Source of the DNA: Camelus ferus | Taxonomy: Eukaryota | Assembly (NCBI RefSeq): GCF_009834535.1 | Contig: NC_045696.1 | Span: forward strand, 102,364,001 to 102,428,000 | Direction of reading: 5' to 3' | DNA length: 64,000 nt | Position numbers and translations under genes: made by a program | The notes under the pieces: model-generated | Told to the model about the DNA's origin: nothing | Database searches by the model: none | The model's input: the letters and a program-made list of their open reading frames with translations, nothing else | Part shown: in pieces, positions 24,452-38,960 of the stretch | Numbering within the stretch: position 1 is the first letter of the stretch | How the letters are laid out: the number at the start of each line of letters is the position of its first letter

Positions 24452-24936
24452 TATATTAGTCAGGGCTCTTCAGAGAAAGAGAATAAATAGGATTTAGAGA
24501 GAGAGAGAGATTTGTTTTAAGGAATCATCTCACATGGCTGAGAAGTCCCAAAATCTGCAGTCAGCAAGCTGCAGACCCTGGAGGGCTGATGGTGTTCGGT
24601 CCAGTCTGAAGGCTGGTGGTATCAAAACCCAGGAAGAGCCAATGTTTCAGTTCAGGTCCAAAGGCATGGCAAGATGGATGTCCTACCTCAAAGGCAGTCA
24701 GGTGGGAGGAGTTCCCTCTTATTCCTGGCAGGGTCAGCTTTTTTTGTTCTACTCAGGCCTTCAACTGATTGGATGGGGCCCACCTGCACTGGGGAGGGCA
24801 GTCTGCTTTCCTCAGTTTGCTAATTCAGATGTTAATCTCATACAGAAACATTCACAGACACAGCTGGAATAACGTTTGACCAAATTTCTGGGCAACCATA
24901 GCCTAGTCAAGCTGACACTTAATATTAACCATCATA
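24452..24936 (-). mobile_element. MLT2 (ERVL) solo LTR
   Basis: tatattagtcagggctcttcagagaa...gagaagtcccaaaatctgcagtc...ctagtcaagctgacacttaatattaaccatcata. Confidence 0.88.
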
Positions 24937-25892
24937 CTGGTGAATTATGTAAATAAAGGAAAAAGACTCAGATGAGCTCGACCAATAGGTCAGGGCTCCT
25001 CCACCATCTTCCTGAAAGCCAGAGGCCAGGACTCCACCGCAACCCCCTCCTCTTCGGAGAAGTCAGCGGAAGGGCCTAGCAGCTTCCCGTTTAGACAAGC
25101 TGAGACGAGAGAGAAGACGATCTGCCTGGGGCACAGCAGGGGCTCCTGACTCGCGATCCAGGGCCTAAAGCATCATCCACATGTTGTGTGGATGTTCACC
25201 TGTCAAGGGAGACTCCATAATGTCACCAGACACTCAAAGGGTCTGTCACCAAACCAAGTCTAAGAATCATTGCTCCAGAGTGAGCAGAGCCTCCCTGAGA
25301 AACTAAAAATCTGAATCAAGAACTTTTGACATTCCACAATTACTAGAATTGGAGTTTTTAAATATTCCTTAGTTACCAGGAGGGATATACTTCAAAGCAG
25401 TGGACATATCTTTGGGCCTTAGTGCTTACGAGTAATGTGAGGGGGAGCGTCCCAGAGCATGCCTGACAGACAGACCACAGTGCCCATGGCCGACCCCTTG
25501 GGCTCACTGGAAACAGAATAGACCACACAGAGTAAGAACTTGAAGCTCCAAAATGAAAGGCAGCCAGTCGATAGGTAACTGGTGGGTCCCTGATGGTGAA
25601 CATGCCAAGGGAAGCCAACCCTGGAAGAAACGCCTCCTGGAACAGGAAGGACTTCCAATGGCCGTATTTGAGGACCGCACTGACCCACAAGGGTCAGAGG
25701 GCTCCTTGGCACAAAGAAACGGCCCCAGTAAATTCCACACACTTCCCTCTCTGCCCAGCCACATCTGTTACCGCTCTGACAAAGCCGCTCTGACTGATGA
25801 CCTACTGCCTGGCTCTGCCGGGGAGGCTGCGCGGTAACTGAGCTTCCTGTCTCACTCCCCGAAGGGTCTCTTGTTGATCTGTAATAACCCTC

Positions 25893-26351
25893 ACGTCTCT
25901 GTTTCCCAGGGTTGTTATAACAAAGTACCACAAACTGGGTGGCTTAAAACAACAGAAATGTATTCCCTCACAGTTCTGAAGGCCAGCTGTTTGACATCAG
26001 TGCAGCAGCGGGGTCCTGCTCCCTCCAGGAGCTCCTGGGAAGAGTCCTGCCTCGCCTGACAGCTTCCGGCATCTCCGCCATTCCTGGGCTTGTGACTGCC
26101 TCCCTACAATCTCTGCCCGCACCTTCACATCATCTTCTCCCCTGTGCGTGTTGTGTCTCTATGTACAAATTCCCTCTTCTTATAAAGACATCAGTCACTG
26201 GATTTAGGGCCCACCTTGATCCAGTATGACTGCATCTTAACTTGATTAGATCTGCAAATAGCCTATTTCCAAATAAGGTCATGTTCACTGGCACTAGGGG
26301 GTTAGAACTTGAATGTGTATCTTGGAGGGGATACAATTCAACCACAATACA
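25893..26351 (-). mobile_element. MLT1 (MaLR) solo LTR
   Basis: aacaaagtaccacaaactgggtggcttaaaacaacagaaat...gattagatctgcaaatagcctatttccaaataaggtca...caattcaacc. Confidence 0.9.
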
Positions 26352-28669
26352 TCAAATACAGAAACTTTCTCTTCTTCTGAGCAGGAGCTTGTTGTCATCG
26401 GCATGATAGTATGTAGAGGAGAGGCAATAATTCATTCAGGCAATATTTACTGAGCGTCCCAGGCCCTGAGGATGCCATAGTGAGTAAGACGGACGAGGAG
26501 CCTGTCCTCGTCATGGGGCAGCCTTATTTCTCCTGCCTTATTCCCTGTGTCCTCTACAGTGCAGTGGAGGGAGACAGAGAGTGAACAAGCAAGCAAGCAG
26601 AGTGACTTCAGAGAGCGGTGAGAACTGTCATCCCAGCTGCTCCCAGGTGGCCATCCAGGTGGTGGAGGGCTGAGCGGACCTCCGATGTCACCGGGCATGC
26701 GGTAGCAAAGCCCTTGAAGCACTGGTGCTAACGCATGATACCGCCCCACGGGGTGTGTGTAGATTAATTAGTTAATGTTTGTCAAGTGGTTTGAAGACCA
26801 GCGCGCTTATCTCCTGTAAAAGATTTTTACCGCTGTTCCCAAGAAGTCCATTCCCTTAGAAAACCAGGCCGCCTCCCAGGGCAGTGGCTGCTCTCCATCT
26901 GATGGGATAAGATCTTCCCCATGTTTTCATCTGTCAGAATAAGAAAAAAAAAAAGGAGGGGGGTTGTTTAATTAGCGGGCGGTGTTTTTCTGGAAACAGC
27001 TTCGGTGAATTAGCACAGAGGCTGCAACTCCCAGTGTATTATTATCATTTGTCTTTCCCCCAAGCTGACATTTGCAGTCTGTCGCAAATTCCTAAAGGAT
27101 GGATGTACTAGAGGGAAAGCTAAGTGGTGAGAGTGACAAGCCACTAAGGATTTCTGTTGCAGTTGAAATTTAAAATCATGCAAGAAACATCTACAAGATC
27201 ATTAGGGCAAAATGGTAGCACAGAGAGTAGAAGCCTGGAGGGGCTGGTGGGTAAATGCTCTCCTATTTTATGTTTCTATTTTCCTAACACGGCAATGGGC
27301 TGAGTCCTCGCCTGTCCCTGTGCTTCCCTGTCACGTTGTTTGGGTTGATCCGGTCACCTGGGTCCACTGTTTATACCTTCTTCTCAGGCAGGCAACAGAA
27401 ATGGGTATCAAAGGCTCACTAAAGACCAGGAGAGATGAGCGAGACTCCACCACACGTCAGGGAGAAGTGGCGAGGATTCTGGCAAGCCCAGAGTTCATGC
27501 CCCATAAAGAGCAGCCGTTTGTGACTGATGGGTGGTTTTGATTTCTTCGGTCCAATGCATGCTTCCGGACGGTTGACTATGACATTTACTGACTAATTGT
27601 GAGGTCTGTGTGTCGTTACAAGTTCTGCTTGACGGCACTGAGTATTCTGAACAAGCAAATCACTTTTCCTCTCCATGTTTGTTTCGTCATAAGAAAAATA
27701 CACCTAATAATATATCTCTCATATTTACTTCGCAGGGCTAATTGAATGTTACTTTGAGTTCCTCAAAGAAATAATACAAAAATGCTGCTTATCTTTCTTA
27801 TTTTAAATATTGCAGTAGCGACAGCCTCTTCTCAATAGTTTTAATTTTTTTCTCATCTTCCCTTTGAAATATCCCAGTCCTGGTTTGTTGAAAGAAGGGC
27901 AAAGTGCATTTAGGAGCATTTACTGGTCATATGGTGAAACAACCTGAAATAGAGTTTTTGAAAGTAGATTATTTTTTAAAAAGTAAAAATAAAAAGGTGA
28001 CTATATCAATATCCAGCCCCACAGCTGGTGGTTGTAACAATCTTCCAGAAATCGCATTGAGTGTCAAAACCTATAAAGAGATTGGATGGAGAGAGAAGGA
28101 AGAAATGAAACACAGAACATGTCAAATCTCTAGAAATAACGAACTTTGTAGACACCGCTTTCTTTACAAGAAAGGTAATAGATGTCTGCTTTCTTCACTG
28201 CCCAGGGTGTCTAAGTCTTGGAAGGTGTCAAATGTGGTTCAACAAATCCCATCTGTCCCCACCCACAAAAGACCTCGCACCCTCCTGCAGGCATGGGAAT
28301 CAGGAGGATTTTGACTAAAGAATGTCTTTTAATCTCAGTAACACTGAGACATCCAGTCTGAGAGAAAAGGAAGGGGCAACTGAGGCAGGAGTTGGCTAGC
28401 CTTGCGCTCCGGGAGAGCCATGCTGAGATCTCCGTGAGCTGGGAGCATCTCCTCCTCGGAGCCGGCAAAGCGCATCATGTTCTGACTTCACCAGAACCAG
28501 ATACCTGGCTGTCCAGAGGAGCTAGCAACTCCTACCTCATTTCTTTTCTCCTTCAGAGGCAGGTAATTCATGTCTTTAATCACGGAGGGGTCTGCATTAG
28601 GTTGGTTAGTTGAGGGGAGATCATTTCTCTTTCTCTTGGAAGAGTGCCGCAGGAGAGATTTGTCTGTGT

Positions 28670-28950
28670 TGGTATTAATAGTTAACACTCACCCGAGTGC
28701 TGGCTCCATTTTGAGCCCATTCCTAGCACTTTGCAAGTATTAACATTTTTAGTTCTCCTACCAACCTGAGGATCAGAACTAAGATTGACTCCTAGGCTCA
28801 CCACTTAGTATCTGTGTGATCCTGTGCCCACGCACACTACCTGACCTCTCTGAGCCTCAGTTTATTCATCTCTGAAATGGAAATAATGATTGTTTCTTCC
28901 TGGGAGGGTTGTTGGGAGAATTAAATGCAGTAACACTTGTAAACTGTTTT
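28670..28950. mobile_element. Adjacent MIR fragments
   Basis: ctctctgagcctcagtttattcatctctgaaatggaaataat core, preceded by an antisense MIR piece. Confidence 0.75.
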
Positions 28951-29369
28951 GGGTGAATTTGCTTTAAGTGAATTTTGTTTTTAAGTGAATTGTCTTAATA
29001 TGCATTTGCTGTTAATATTGTCAGTACCATTCTTCTCTGCTCCTGCTCTGCTGTGTCCATTGCATCCTGTTGACTCCCAGGAGGGCTGATTCTCCCCACT
29101 GTCCTGTTTTTCATCCATGTGAGATGGCCAGGGTTCTATGAAATGTTGAGACTGCACTACTTCATATTTACATGCCTGGTAGGTGGCCAACTAAATATTT
29201 TATTAATATCATTGTGGTATCGGTGTCTGTGCAGTCTTAAAGACACATCTCCAAGGCAATTCACTGCATGGAGCATTGTCTACTGGGCACTGTGCTGCAT
29301 GCCAGCTCTTCTGGGAAGCACTGCAGTGTGGGAGAGGGCCTCTTGCCGCCGAGTTTGGGAATAACTTCT

Positions 29370-29590
29370 GGTCCTGTGTGCTCCCAAAGATTCCTATCTA
29401 GCCCCGCTCAGAGCACTGAGCACAGGAACTGAAGTTGCCGGTTTGTTTTCTGTCTCCCTCACTAGAATAGGAGCAAGTCTGAGGGCAAGCACTACGTTGT
29501 AATAATGGTCATATCACCATTGGCTAACAAGCTCCTTGACATGTAGTAACTGCACATCATAAATGTTGGGTGGATCGATCATGAAAATGA
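29370..29590 (+). mobile_element. L2 3' end
   Basis: tctgtctccctcactaga...gagggcaag...aaatgttgggtggat. Confidence 0.65.
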
Positions 29591-32500
29591 AATAAAGCTG
29601 GCAACCCTCTTTGTCCATGTGGCCGAATCTGTGGTCTTGTGCGTGGGGAGTGGTTTTCGATGTTCAAAGGTGGAAGAATGTCTTTGCCTGTGCAGTTTCA
29701 ACAATGGGTCTTTTCCTCCTCAATCTAGTTTCAAACCCTTCAACTCCAGCCTCAGTGTCCCTCAGTGCAGGCTGCCTCAGCTAAGTATAACCCATTTTGT
29801 CAGTTGGAGGATCATTTCACAGAATCCTCTGACCGTAGCCTTGGGCAAGGGGACTTGGATGTCACGGCCTCCCCCTTGCTGCCGCCTGGCTCCTTTCATC
29901 AGCCGCAGATCCTCTGTGGCTGCCCTTTGGAGGCATCTTCTCTCTGTCTAGAACCCAGGCTTCACCTTCTCCAGGACCCTCCCCAGCTGGGGCCGTGGGA
30001 TCACGTTCACCCTACCGGCACGCAATTAATGCGCACTTGAGCATTACCCCAGGGAAGCATCAAACACTGGGTTTATTTTCGCTCTGCCCAGGTGGGAATT
30101 CTTCCAGTTAAAGAAGATAATGTGAAAGCCTGAAACTGGTGCAGACAATAACTAAGAGTTGTCAAGTCTCCGACAAAAGGACAGGCGACCCCCTGGGTCT
30201 TTATTGTCTTACGGTTCCTGTGCCATGATCCTCACACATGGTTTTAAGCAAAGCTAGGTAGCAAAGGGACTAGGTGACCTCTTTCAGCTCTCCTTGGGGA
30301 GGCGACGTGGATGTTTGCTTAGGGCCAGCCGTGTACGCACTCTGCGCGCTGAGCAGCAGAGGGAAGAGAAGCGGACCGCTGGGTTTTGTTTTGTCATGCC
30401 ACGCGGCAGTACATCAACTCTTGAAACACAAAGAATGCTTTATACAGCCGAGCAGAACAGAATCTTCCCAGATGGAGTGTGTTGCTGCTAGAGGCTCTCA
30501 CCACCCATCAGCCCTGTCAGGATGAGCCAACTATATCTTTGCAGAGATCTAATTTTAGAGAGATCAGAGCTTGGTAATATGTGCCCCGTATAATGGGAAT
30601 AAAATGTGACTTCCATTACTTAGACGACCAGAAATGTACTATAAACTTGTCTTTGCTGGGGCCTTACGGCTGATGCATTTTAAATTTAATTTATTCCCAA
30701 AAATTGATTTTCTTTATTTGATTCGCCTCCTCTCTCAGGCTTTCTACTAAGACTGCCCATTGTATGACCATTAATAACCACAGGACTCTCTGAACTTTCC
30801 TTGAGTATCACACCTCGAGGTTGTTTGTTTCTGTGAATTAGATTCTTAATTCTCTAATAAGGACATTTCAAAAGCCAAACAGTATTTTATGTCTAACTTC
30901 CCAGGTGCTGAAGGGCTAATGGAAACAGCACAGCCCCCCAGCCTACCAGCTACTCACTGTTGAGTGCTGTAACAGACCAATTCTGAGAGTCCCAAGGGCT
31001 GCTCTGAGGTTCATCAACAAGAGTGTGGCTCTTGCCCCAAAACGGAGTGAGGCCAGCCTGGCTGCCTCTGTCTCAGGTGGCATTTTACTTCCAGCTTTAC
31101 AGATAGTGCCAGGGAATTTGCTCAGGACCAGTTAAAATTTGGGACAAGCAGCCAGTGAAAAAAAAATCGGAATTCGTTTTATCTCTGTGACATGGGGAAC
31201 CATAGCCTCCAGACAGGCTGGCCAGTAGGGGAAAAGCAGGACTAAGGGAGCTCTTTTTGCTTCAGCTGGAGCAACTTCTTTCCTGCAACCCATTTAGAAT
31301 GATTTAGATGGATTCGTTTCCATGGAGTTTTGTTTTAAATTCTGAGTTCATTTGTAGTGATACTTGCTAATCAATTTTAAGTGGAAACAGCTGCTGTGTG
31401 TCACTCACACAGCCCCCCCCCTTCCAAATGGGGAAAACTATAATTCAAACCATTCGCTCCCCACCCCCAAAGCGTACTCATAATGCCTATTCATATGACT
31501 CTGTCTGCTGGACTGCTTCCCTCTCTTCCCGGGCCAGCCCTCAGTGGGGACAGTTCAGGGGGAGAAGGGCCAGACCGCTGTGGGGAGAGGTAGGCGAGCC
31601 GGTGGGGCATGGGACCCTGACATCCAGTGACACAGAGCAGTGTGTGACCTCAGCAGTAAGGAAGGTGAGCTACATGAGGCAGCCAGCTTTCTCCTTCCAC
31701 TCGTCCAATACTTATTTATTTAACGGTTACTATGTGCTAAAAACTATGCCTCCTGCTAGGGATGGAAATGAGAAGATATAAACCTTGTTCTTAATTTGCT
31801 CATAGTCCAGTCGGGAGATGAGCTTAGAAAGTCATAATTCAGGGAGTTAAGTCCTGTGATGGAGGTGGACACAAGGACAGCGGAAGCTCCCGAGGGATTG
31901 CTGAACTCACTCTCCACCCTACCTGTGCACACCCACATCCTCAGTCTCGCAGAGGCAGGTCTCGTGGCGTGATCAGCTCCATGCCGAGGCCGGGCATGGC
32001 CACTCCCTGGAGACAGCTTCTGCTCGTGTGGGATCAAGGCCGAGTCTGCCACTCTCTGCCTCCCCGCTCTGTGCTTCCACTTCCCATGAGTGGCAGTTCC
32101 ACTTTGAAGGCCAGCATCCTAGCCAGGGCCATTTTCCAGGACCAATCCAGGAGAAGCAAGGCATGCGGCACGGCCTCGACCCAGAATGGAAGAATGAGGA
32201 AGACCCAAGTGTTCCCTGAAAGCCAAGAGGTCAAAAGATTATGAACTTTCACTCCTTCATTGTTCTCAGGACATGGGTTTCTCTATCTGTAGAATGGTAG
32301 TAACACTTGGGGAGGATTCAGGGAAAAAATAGAACTACTGACATTCTGGTAAGAGAAAGTGAAGAAATCTTATGACAGGCAGCAGTGGCCTGCCTTCTGG
32401 CCATTGTGACTCCAGGACGGAGCAGGGCTGTAGCTTAGATCATTCTGCTGATCTAAGCAGCTGAGCCCTGGCTCTGTTACCTGTGGAGCTATGTTCCTAT

Positions 32501-32937
32501 GGCTACAGGCAGACTAAAAAATAAAAAAAAGAAGCAGGGACAGGATTTAACCTTGGGGATGGGCCCCTTTCCCATCACTGGGCCCCATCCTCCTTGAGTG
32601 TCTGGCCTTAGAATCAGCAAGACACTGAACTGTGGTTCTTCTATTCACAGTGGTACTGAAGTTCCATTTCCTCAACTACGCAACCAGCAACAGCCAAACT
32701 CACTTTGAAGGACCATCCTGAGGATTAGCTGTGAGGGTTACCTGGTCCACAGTAGAAGATCAATTATTTCTTTTTTTTCTTTTTCTTTTCTTTTTTTTTT
32801 TTTAAAACCTCCTCAGCCTTTGTGCTGTTTCCTGTATAATATTATTAGCTTCATCAAAATCTCACAAGTTGAATTAGACCTCTTGCCCAGAGAATAACCT
32901 GAAAGAGGAAATTTGAAAAAAGAAGATATGTAATCTT

Positions 32938-33969
32938 TTTTTTATTGATATATAGTTGACTTACAATGTTGTGTTAGTTGCTGGTGTACAGCATAGTGAT
33001 TCATTTGTACATATATACATACTCCTTTTCATATTCTTTTTCATTATAGGTTATTATAAGCTATTGAATATAGTTCCCTGTGCTATACAGTAGGACCATG
33101 TTTATTCATTCTGTATATAGTTGTTTGTATCTGCTAATCCCAAACTTCTAATTTATCCCTCCCTCCTTCCTCTTTGATAACCATAAGTTTGTTTTCTATG
33201 TCTGTGAATCTTTTTGTTGTGTAAATAAGTTTATTTGTCTCATTTTTTAAGATTTCACATATGAATGATATTATGTGATATTTGTCTTTGTCTGACTTAC
33301 TTCACTTACTATGATCATCTCTAGGTCCATCCATGTTGCTGCAAATGGCATTATTTCATTCCTTTTTTACGGCTGAGTAATATTCCATTGGATATATGTA
33401 CCACATCTTTATCCATTCATCTGTTGATGGACAGTTAGGTTGCTTCCATATCTTGGCTATTGTAAATAGTGCTGCTTTGAACATTGAGGTGCATATATCT
33501 TTTCAAATTGGAGTTTTCTCTAAATACATGCCCAGGAGTGGGATTGTTGGATCATATGGTAACTCTTTTTTAGTTTTTTAAGGAATCTCCATACTATTTT
33601 CCATAATGGCTACACCAAACTACATTCCCACCAACAGTGTAGGAGGGTTCCCTTTTCTCCACATCCTCTCCAGCATTTATCATTTGTGGACTTTTTAATG
33701 ATGGCCATTCTGACTAGTGTGAGGTGATACCTCATGGTAGTTTTGATTTGCATTTCTCTGATAGTTAGTGATATTGAGCATCTTTTCATTTGCCTGTTGG
33801 CCATCTGTATGTCTTCATTGGAGAAATGTCTGTTTAGGTCTGCCCATTTTTTGATTCAATTGTTTGGTTTTTTTATTATTGAGTTTTATGAGCTATTTGT
33901 ATATTCTGGAAGTTAAGCCTTTGTCAGTTGCATCATTTGCAAATATTTTCTCTCAGTCCTTAGGTTGTC
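32938..33969 (-). mobile_element. Relatively young 5'-truncated L1 (ORF2 C-terminus and 3' UTR) with TSD
   Basis: ORF 33610-33804 ([10 protein letters not shown]...[19 protein letters not shown]) is the L1 ORF2 cysteine-rich tail. Poly-T lies at the left end. TSD agaaga(ta/gg)tgtaatctt at 32921-32937 and 33970-33986. Confidence 0.95.
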
Positions 33970-35414
33970 AGAAGAGGTGTAATCTTAAGAAAAGCTTGTC
34001 CTCTGGGATGGAAGATTGACTGGGGAATTCTTTGAATCAGCAACATAAGACAGGTGTTGTCACAAGCATGAGATGCCATCTTGGGCTGAGCAATGGTCAG
34101 AGGTGTGAGGGGGATAACATTAGTCCCCAAATAATAATAATAATATCAGAAAATAGTAGCCAGCTGCACTGAAGGCATGTGCAATATGAGAGACCCTTTT
34201 AAAAGTTAGAAGATCTTCTAGGAAGCTGAGATTGCTACCCAAGGAATGAGTTGCCAGAGGAGGGTATAGAATATTACTTCTCTATCAGCTGTGAAAGCAA
34301 GGTAGGTCTTCATCTACTAGACAGAAAGGCAGGATGATGGAACAGATGACTTCACTGGGTCCCCCCTCATCTTCTGGCCTCTTGACCACCCAGTGTCCAA
34401 CTTGGAAAGGCCATGTGTACTGCCTTTGTGTGACATCAAGCAGCTAACCTGCTTCTCTCCTTTGGGACAAGTTCAGAGGTAGTCAGATGGAGGTTGGAGT
34501 AAAGCTTTGAGAACAGTCTTTTCCCAGACAAATACCCATGCTTCTGAAAACATCAAAGCCAGACCTTTTGTAGAGGTGCTTTTGTGACATTACAACTGAG
34601 GGTCAACTTTTTGGCAACCATTTCTGTTTTTCCTCCAAAGTTTATTCCTGCTCCTTTGACTTTCTGTTGGATTGAGCCTTGTTGCAATACAGTTTCAACC
34701 ATCCAGCACTGCCCCTAACCCACACACCTACCCATCAGTCCTTGTTCAGCAAATGACAGAAGTAGGTTGCACCACATCCTCTGGCACTGAAAGAGGGCAA
34801 CTGAGTATTTTTCTGGGGTAGAGGGGTTGATTCTCTATAACTTGAAAAAGATTTAACAGACCAAATTGTCAGCATTCAGATTTTGTTCCTCCAGGAGGAT
34901 TGGAGCTTAATGCTTTTTTCACCTTCTGGTAGACAAATAAAATGTGTCTCATCCCTCAATAGGACTAATGCATTTAACTTTTCCCCATTGGGTAGGAAAC
35001 TGAAATATATTTTCTAAGACTGAACTTAGGAGGATCTCAGAGAAACTGAACTATGGACTGGCTGCCCTCACTCGAGTCTCATAATGTTTAGTGTTGGTAT
35101 TCAGGCCACAGGGGAGCAAAGCCAGAGCAATAGGCAAAACAAAAGAACATTCAGAACATAGCTCCTCTCCCCACCATTGTCAACATAATTAAAAGAGGCA
35201 TTTTCCCAATATTTTTATTTCATGTAATAAGACACGACATACCTGCTTCTAATACAACTTCACTTGTCCTAATCCCCCTGTTGTTAGTTCTACAAGGTAA
35301 AAGGTGTAGGAGCATCCAACCTGCCTGGGAGTGAAGGCTGCTTTTCCCCGGATCCAAGAGAAGAATTTCTCATAACCTAGAAAAATTGCATTATTTTAAG
35401 ATGGAAAGACAATT

Positions 35415-35615
35415 TTGAGCTGGAATAAAAAGACCCTAGGTCAAGTCTCACATCTGCCATTTAATCGTATGCCCTTGAGCAAGTCATTCTTTCCCATGCT
35501 TTCAATTTCTTTATCTGTGAAAATGGGAACACATACCTCACAAAACAGACATTTAGAGTAGATGAAACATCATATTCTCATTAAACTGTTAAGTCCTATA
35601 CAAATGTATGAGAGT
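35415..35615 (+). mobile_element. MIR
   Basis: tctgccatttaatcgtatgcccttgagcaagtca...tttctttatctgtgaaaatggg. Confidence 0.75.
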
Positions 35616-37715
35616 GCATGGTATTTAAATAGTTTTGTTCCATTAAATTTCCCAGCTAACTGTAAGAGAAGGTCATAACCTAGGGAAAGTAGGTACATTA
35701 ATTTATTAATGTAGAATATTTATGATCCCATATCAAAATAATCTGTCTTTCCACTTCACCAGCCGTGTAAGTTCTTCCCTAGGGAGACCCAAAAGGTTGA
35801 AATCTGAACTATCAAGGCATATTTATTTTGGTTTCTGGCTATTAAAAGTGTTTCACTATCTTTTCTGCTCACTGAGACATCCTTCCCTTTATTGCTAAAG
35901 TATAAACCCTCCTACAGGAGAGAGGTGTCGGGCGAGTAAGAACCCTGGCCACTAGAAACAAGGCAGTTGACCAAGGGCCAGTGAGTGCACAGCAAACTCA
36001 CTTTTAAAGAAAGGACCGCCATCTCCCACTAACTGCGTGGGGCACTTAAGAAGCCAGTTTTAGTCTTGGCTGTACTAGGTGGGGAAAGTTCTCTGGAAAT
36101 CATCTTGTTTACACAGAGCGCTTTTACAACCTCGGGCAACTCAACCTTTCTGGGTGCCCATTTTCTGATCTCTAATATGAGGAGGCTAAGGACATCTGAC
36201 GTCCTCCCAAATAAACAATCCAGCCCGACTTGAGGACATTCAAGCATCCCTGGAGGATGTGAGGACGAGAATAGTTTTCCAGAACTTCAATTTTTCTTCT
36301 GACTTTGTATTCATGAAAATTATGACCGCCTGCACTTAGTAGTGTTTACACAGTCTCGTGAGCCTGGGAGACACAGGTCCTTGTGGATACACCAGTTCTC
36401 AGGGCTGCCCTCTCTGCACACACAGGGTTCGCACCTTCGTTTTTTCAGTCCCCTAGGGGATGCTCCATCTACCTAAACAACCATAACTCCACAACTCTAC
36501 AATCTCTACAACTAGAAAGCATCCCTGGTGTCAGGATGGGAGCAGGAAGCAGGAAATATCCATTTCTGAAATTGGTGCAAACCTAGATTCTAAACTGGGA
36601 TCATTTAAAAAAAAAAAAAAGTGCAAGACTTTCTGGGTTTGTTTTGTAAAGGCCACACCACCCCCGCATTTCACTCCAAGCTTCTCAGCCCTCACGTTGG
36701 CCTGATACCAGTTGAAAATTCAGAGCAGCTCCAGCTGTATGTGGCTTTCTCCTAGAAAGGAGATTATTACCCAGCCCTATGGAAAAGGAAGAGAGTGCCC
36801 AGTGGAAACTGTTCTTAGTTTACAACCTTATTCGCGGGCTGATCCGCACTGGTTGGCAAATTAGAGTTCCTTGGAATGTGAGCCTTTGGGCTTCCTTTCT
36901 AAGCTGTTTGAAAATGAAGAAAATGGCATATTGCCCTAAATCTCAGTGAATGCTGAGGGTGGCACAAAAAACCCTTTTCGGCTGACCCTGTGGCATCTGT
37001 CAGCTCAGCACCACTGCAGCAGAAGAAGGGCAGGTGAAACAAAGAGCCTAAAATTACAGTCTTCACTCCCACTGAAACAATACGTGTTTTGTTTGGCCCT
37101 GAGCCAGTTCATGTGAAAAGCACAACCTTAAATTGAAAAATATATCAGTTAAAAAAGTGAGCTGGAGCCCATGGTCCAGCCAAGGATCCCTCAGTGAGAG
37201 GACTGGCACGAAGGAGGGTGGGCACAATGTTAGGGAGTAACAGTATTTCCAGGAACAGAGACATTTTTTTATTCTCTAACTCTCACCCCTGGGAAGAGCA
37301 AAACTTTCCAACCACCAGGCACATGACCAGATGCCCCATGGAGAGATCTAGTGGGAATTCACTCAGACCAGACCCAGGGCATGGCTGAGAACATTCCTTC
37401 TTTCATTTCAACCTTTTCTCTTAAGGGGGGGATTAGATATCCCCCAAAGACCAGTTGAGATAGAGGGGAAAAAAAGGTTAAGAAGATGTGCTTTTAGAGA
37501 AACATCTGTTTGTTCGCCCCAGAGTGCAGAAACGTGAGAAGAAAGGGTCTGGGAATCCTACCCTCAGATGGGGAGTGGGGAAACCCTTGTCCTTACTAAG
37601 TAGAAACTATTAGAGAAATTCTGAAAGCAAGCCTGGGTCAGGTGGACTAGGCTTGAGAAAACAGGAACAAAAATACTCGGAAAAAAAAATCATCTAACCA
37701 GCCTAAATGAAGTTC

Positions 37716-37760
37716 CTTTTGTTTTGTTTTGTTTTGTTTTGTTTTGTTTTGTTTTGTTTT
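37716..37760. repeat. (TTTTG)n microsatellite
   Basis: Direct tandem repeat. Confidence 0.95.
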
Positions 37761-38471
37761 TCTACTTCTTTGTTTTTATGAGAAATTTTTCAGGAAAGAA
37801 TAATGGCAAAGTATGATTATAAAGATGTCCTCTGGTGTTTCCTTAGCCAGGAAAGAAGTCGTATAGTACTGTGGAGGAGCAGGGCTGATCCCTGCCCTCC
37901 TCCATCTTGTTACATGGCCCCAGGCGAGGCAGCCAGCCAACTCAAGCCTCAGACTGCTCACGTGTAAAATGGGTTGACCTTTGAATTAGAGGAACTTTAG
38001 GAATAATCTAAAAACCCTTGATTTATGTATTCAAGGTTGGAAAGAGAGACTCTTTGATATGAACGGAGCTTGAAGGCCAAATAGAATCTCAGCAAACCCA
38101 GGGAGGGAGAAACTGCTTTCAAAAGAACATTAAGACCTTGCTCGGATGTATAAATGTCATGGAGTTGGCCAAAACAGATTTAAAGCTGGTAAGCTCTTTA
38201 GAGATTTCCTGCAATCCCCATGTTTTATAGAGGGAAAAATCTGAGCCTAGAAAAGCTGAAGTGACTTACAAAAGATCACCCAATTCACATTACTGTCAAG
38301 GTAAGAATTCAGGAACCTGTTCCAAAAGAGGTTGAGCAAGCCGGGGAAGCCAGGCCAGACCTCAGCAACAGTCACCCCACCCTCTGAACATTCCCTGGCA
38401 AGGCACCATGCTCAGTGCTGTTGATGCTTTGGGCCCCACAACTCTGGATGAGAGGTGTTATCCATCTCCAG

Positions 38472-38632
38472 GTCCAGCTTCATGGGCTTGAGACCAGTGG
38501 AGTCACAGAGAGGCCCACCCCCTAGAAGGGCCCTGGGTCTGCAGTCACCATCTTGAAATTCTTAATAGTTTTTGAACAAGGGACCCCACATTTTCATTTC
38601 ACACTGAGCCTCACAAATTATGTACCTGGTCC
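38472..38632. mobile_element. MER91-like hAT MITE inserted in a MIR
   Basis: ccatcttgaaattcttaatagtttttgaacaagggaccccacattttcattt...cacaaattatgta, with MIR-like sequence on both flanks. Confidence 0.75.
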
Positions 38633-38847
38633 TCATTATTTCCGTGTTATAGATGTAGCAACAGAGACAGAGAAATTAAATGGCTTATTCTTGGTCCTGG
38701 CCACTCATGTAGGTAGGGACGCAGACACGCGGAGTCACAGGCAGTGTGAAGGTGGACCGAGGGAGTGGCTAAGTGGAGGCTGTGCTGTCAGAGCCCCTTT
38801 GGGATGTCCCTTCCTCTGATGGCTTCAGACTGCTCTGTGCTCTGAGT

Positions 38848-38960
38848 AGGGTGACTAGCCATCCAGATTACCTGGGACTGTAGGGGATTCCCAGGACATG
38901 GGACTTTCAGTGCTAACATTGGGGAAGTTCAGGGCAAACTGGGAAGAGATGCTTACTGAT
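38848..38960. mobile_element. MER94-like hAT-Blackjack MITE
   Basis: agggtgactagccatcc...cccaggacatgggactttcagtgctaa. Confidence 0.7.

Noticed and set aside
33396..33916. ORFs as host genes
   Set aside because: They are sense and antisense frames of the truncated L1.
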